Source: Azolla caroliniana
Lineage: Eukaryota > Plantae > Polypodiophyta
Length of the DNA stretch: 11,928 nucleotides
Reading direction: 5' to 3'
Assembly: GCA_043228905.1 (NCBI GenBank)
Contig: JBHGNT010001113.1
Span: forward strand, 1-11,928
The notes under the pieces were generated by a model. It was not told the DNA's origin and did not search any database. It saw only the letters and a program-made list of their open reading frames with translations. The position numbers and the translations under genes were made by a program. Within the stretch, counting starts at the first letter, position 1, and every line of letters begins with the position of its first letter. Positions 8,317 to 11,928 of this stretch are shown here, in pieces.

Positions 8317-8328
8317 GCTCTGATACCA
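8317..8328 (-). promoter_or_regulatory. PBS for tRNA-iMet (TGGTATCAGAGC), copia B
   Basis: The plus strand reads GCTCTGATACCA and abuts TG at 8329. Confidence 0.93.
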
Positions 8329-8744
8329 TGTAAAAACGAATAGCGTGCAAAAGTAATAGAAAACCGAACACAGAAACACAGGTTTAATGGAGAACTTGAC
8401 AGTACGCGGGAGAGACAAAGAAAGAGCAGAACAAGTTAAATCTATTAGAAAACAATAATAGTTCTCTGTAATACTCTGTACATGAAACATGCTCAACAAC
8501 ACTATTTATACAAGTCCTAAGACGACTGACAGAAGTACCGCATACTTCAATGCTCACTCGAGCGTTTGACACTAACTACGAGACTATTAACTACCTAGCA
8601 GTCTAGGCTACTACTAGGCTTTCGGTTACTATTTGATCTAGCTAACGGGCTCCCCAACTCACCGGCTCACTTGCTCACCAGCTCACCGATCCGGCTCTTC
8701 CTTCCGGATGTTGATCCGGATCCGATTGAGCTTGTCGCTCAACA
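8329..8744 (-). repeat. 5' LTR of copia element B (416 bp)
   Basis: TGT...ACA termini; minus-strand TATAAATAG at 8510-8502; the end GAGCTTGTCGCTCAACA resembles the end of LTR A (GAGCTTGATCTCTCAACA); it interrupts gag A after VEENH. Confidence 0.8.
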
Positions 8745-9312
8745 CGTGGTTCTCTTCGACCAATAGCATTGATTGGAGGTCGAAGAACGAAGGAGGGTTA
8801 TCTCTCGCCAAGATTGCCGTCCGTAATGGATCGAATTGTTGTGCAAGGCCGCCCAAGCATACTTGAACCATCTCGTCTTCATCGACGTTTATGTTGATGG
8901 AACCAAGTGAGTCGCAAATGCTCTTGATCTTGGTAGTGTAGTCCGACACGAACATGTCTTTTTGTCGAATATTATTCAACTCTTGTCGACGTTGAAGCTT
9001 GCGGGCAATCGTGTTGGCGGAGAACATCTTCTTTAAGTTCTCCCACGCCTCTTTAGGCGTCTTGGCGTCTCGAATGTGGCTAAGCATGTGGTTGTGGACA
9101 CATGTTGCCAAGCAATACATTACCCAACTTGCTCCTTCCTCCCACGTTGGGTAGTTGGCATTTGTGATGTCAGGCTTGTTTTCGAGTGCGCCGTTAACGT
9201 AGCTCCAATACCCTTGGCCAACGAGGTATTGGGTCATCTTGTACTAACAAGATGAATAATTGCTCTGGTCTAACTTTTCACTAGGGAACGAGCTACCCAT
9301 TTGTGTGTTCAT
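8745..9312 (-). pseudogene. gag: Ty1/copia gag (element A, UBN2-type domain), premature stop, interrupted by element B
   Basis: MNTQMGSSFPSEKLDQSNYSSC*YKMTQYLVGQGYWSYVNG...AKTPKEAWENLKKMF...DYTTKIKSICDSL...LGGL...LQSMLLVEENH. Stop at 9246-9244. Confidence 0.92.
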
Positions 9313-9471
9313 GTTGATTGTAGTGTCTTCTCTTCTTTTGCTTTTCTTCCTTTGATCACATACACGTGCTACGTAGCGGCACTATGGTAGCAGATAGCCG
9401 GATTTTGTCGTCGGTGTCTCGAACACACAATCATGGAGTCAAGTGGGCTTAGTGGATTTTCTAAACCATGC

Positions 9472-9483
9472 GCTCTGATACCA
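9472..9483 (-). promoter_or_regulatory. PBS for tRNA-iMet (TGGTATCAGAGC), copia A
   Basis: The plus strand reads GCTCTGATACCA and abuts TG at 9484. Confidence 0.93.
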
Positions 9484-9938
9484 TGTTAAGACTTAGGCAT
9501 GTAATTAAGCAAGGATTAATTAGTACCTAATTATGTGATTAATTGATTAAGCGGAAGATTAAGTGATATGTGTGTGTATGTGTGTGAGAGGAAGAGAGAG
9601 AAGAAAATACACTTATGAGAAACATAAGATGGGGGATGGTTAACTCTATATTAAATTAGCATTATCATTATCATCATCATCAAATACAAAAATACCCACA
9701 ATGAGGTATATATACATCTCATGTGCAAAGGTTCACATGTGTGAGTAAAATATAGGTACTAAGGAATAAGTCCTATATTAAATGTACTTAGGAGTGGAGG
9801 ATCTAGAATATCCCACTTAAATACAAGATCCTCTTTAAGGCCTTATAGTCAACACTTCTAACTAGATTCTATCTAGGTAACTACAAAGTTACATGGTTGA
9901 CTAACTAACTAAACTAAGTTGAGCTTGATCTCTCAACA
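9484..9938 (-). repeat. 5' LTR of copia element A (455 bp)
   Basis: Terminal inverted repeat TGTTAAGA / TCTCAACA (7 of 8 match); AT-rich; TATATATA near 9707-9714; adjacent PBS. Confidence 0.82.
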
Positions 9939-10327
9939 TTCTTCTTCTTCTTTTCTTTTCTTTTTCTTCTTTTCTCATGCATTCGTCACATCTTTACTCC
10001 TCGCCCCTGCATGATGGCTTTATTTTTTCTTTTTCTTTTTTTCTAGGACACATGTTACTCCTTTTCCGGTAACATCAGATTCGTGGTAGGTTCCTCTTGG
10101 TTGCCGGCTATCCGAATACCGCTTCCGGTTCTTGCTCCGTCCTCCAGTTGCTTGAATGGGTTCTGCGGCATTGGTCCGTAATACAGTTTTAGTCGGAAAT
10201 CGTTTACCCACTAAGGCAACGACCCCCCTTTGGAGAAGAAGTTGAAGAAGGATATGTGGCGGAAGTATGTGCGAGACAGCATGAAATCAAATCAACAGGA
10301 GTGTAAGAATGGCTACGGCATCTATGC

Positions 10328-10464
10328 ATGTGTGGTTAGCGAATTTATGATGTGTAGCAAATCAAATCAGAAATGTGCAAGAAATGGAATCGATGAATGT
10401 GCAAGAATGGTGGCGATGATGTGCGAGAAATCAAATCGACGATGTGCGTGAAATGGTGATAGTG
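10328..10464. repeat. Degenerate 22-24 bp tandem array (consensus about ATGTGCRAGAAAT...GATG), about 6 units
   Basis: ATGTG unit starts at 10328, 10350, 10373, 10397, 10419 and 10442, plus a related copy near 10267. Confidence 0.75.
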
Positions 10465-11397
10465 ATTGGAAGTCGTCGAGGTCGAGGAATGCAAGACGGT
10501 GATGTTGTGCGAGAGGACGTCACAGAATGAGATACACAATGGACGTATGTGCAAGTGTGTGGTTAACGACAACGTGCGTGTGCAGGGAAGCGTGGTGCAA
10601 GAGATGACCGGAATGGGCCGAACAGTCGGAACGGTGACGGAGCCGGGATGGCGATCGGACGACGGTGGCCACATACCAACGGCTAGAGTGGTGGCCGACC
10701 AATAGCGGCCCGGCCGGACAGAGACAGTGACCGAATCAAGTGGCGGTCGTATAGTGGCAACGGCAGAGCGGCAACCGCCGGATAGCGACTGGATCGATTT
10801 CCGAAATGTGCAAAGACACATAACGGCTGGACTGAGATGGCCGAACGGTGCCAAAACGGATGTGGCCGAACCGTACAGGCCAGACAAATGAACGGATGGA
10901 AGAATGAACGGAGGACCAGAAAGATAGGGTCGGACACGTACAACTGGCGGCGGCAAAAATTAGCGACCGGAGAGACAGCCGAAGCGGCCGAGAAGCGGCG
11001 GGACAACAACCGGAACGACGACACCACGCCGAAAAGCGACAAGAATAGCCGGACAACCGAAGGCCAGAATGACGATGACGCTAAAACGATGGGCCGGACA
11101 GCCGAACAGTGGCTGGAGGGCCGGAAAGACAATAATGTCCGGATCAAATAGACGGACCGAACGAAGTCGGACACACAGATAGACAAAGTTGGACGATGAT
11201 GAACCGACAGACGACAGTGACGGACAGAGACAACGACAACGGACGACGACAGTGACGGCGATGGGGTTGGAGACGGAAACAAAAACAAAAACATCTGAGA
11301 TAGATAAACATACAACCAAATACAGAGACGGAGATGAACAGAGAAGGGCGGACAAAGCGACGGAGGCAAAAAGAGCAGCCATCGACGGAGACGTTTG

Positions 11398-11612
11398 GAA
11401 GAAGAGAGATGTAGAAAATAAGAAGAAGAGGAAGAGGAAGCAGAGGCAATAGTAGATGAACAGAGAAGAAGAAGAAGAAGAAGAAGAGGAAGGAGACATG
11501 TAGACAAAAGAAGAAGAAGAAGAAGAAGGAGAAAGAAGAGGAAGAAACAACGGGAAATTACACACACAAAGTCAGAAGCAAGAGAGAGGAGGGGAATAAT
11601 AATAATAATAAA
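11398..11612. repeat. Low-complexity purine tract with (GAA)n runs and (AAT)n
   Basis: GAA runs near 11465-11486 and 11508-11528; AAT run near 11595-11610. Confidence 0.85.
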
Positions 11613-11928
11613 TCAATCAATAAAAAGAAAGGGCAATAGAGAATGATAGGAGTATCGAACAAAATTTTTAAAATCAAAGGGCACCTATGAAATTTCGAAA
11701 ACTAATGGACGCGATCGACACACAACTCACAAAATTAACAAAAGGAAGATACACATACACACAACGTTTTTGGACCCATGATATCAATGTTCCTGAACCG
11801 ACAGAACGGGAATGTTCGTGTCGATGAAGATTCGTTGACCGACGGAGATGTTCAAGTCAAGCACTCCGATCGAGGGAGTCGATCATTGAGAGGACCGATG
11901 GAAATTCCAGTCGAAGAATGATTATGAT

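Noticed and set aside
9939-9976. Purine run just upstream of copia LTR A as a PPT (implying a tandem element sharing one LTR)
   Set aside because: It is GAA/GAAAA low-complexity sequence without a G-run, and no copia RNase H coding sequence precedes it; more likely the insertion target.
10328-10464. CRISPR-like array
   Set aside because: The units are degenerate and contiguous, with no unique spacers and no cas genes, in a eukaryotic TE context.
10345-11567. Long minus-strand ORFs (294, 203 and 201 aa) as host or env-like genes
   Set aside because: All three frames are open because the A-poor strand lacks stop codons; the products are low-complexity Leu/Ser/Phe runs from microsatellites, with no motif support.

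Overview
This is a eukaryotic, land-plant-type retrotransposon nest with no host gene. A fern or other seed-free plant host is my inference from the element types. From left to right: (1) 1-5875, the 5' part of a well-preserved minus-strand Ty3/gypsy element, with a 704-bp TG..CA LTR, an 18-nt tRNA-Trp primer-binding site, gag with a CCHC knuckle, protease (DHG motif), then RT-RNase H-integrase in the -1 frame behind a GGAUUUU site and a predicted pseudoknot. A perfect 175-bp duplication of the RT core breaks this frame. (2) 5876-6532, the decayed 3' part of a LINE ORF2 on the + strand. (3) 6533-8005, the LTR, PPT and integrase-chromodomain end of a chromovirus on the minus strand, joined directly to (4) 8000-8744, the 5' end of a Ty1/copia element (LTR, iMet PBS, gag start). 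That element is inserted in the gag of (5) 8745-9938, a related copia 5' end. (6) 9939-11928, noncoding, strand-skewed, repeat-rich sequence that may be the 3' region and LTR start of a further element. The most interesting signals are the recoding architecture of element 1 (PR/RT -1 frameshift with pseudoknot, a possible UGA-CGG readthrough, Trp priming) and the copia-gypsy chimeric junction.
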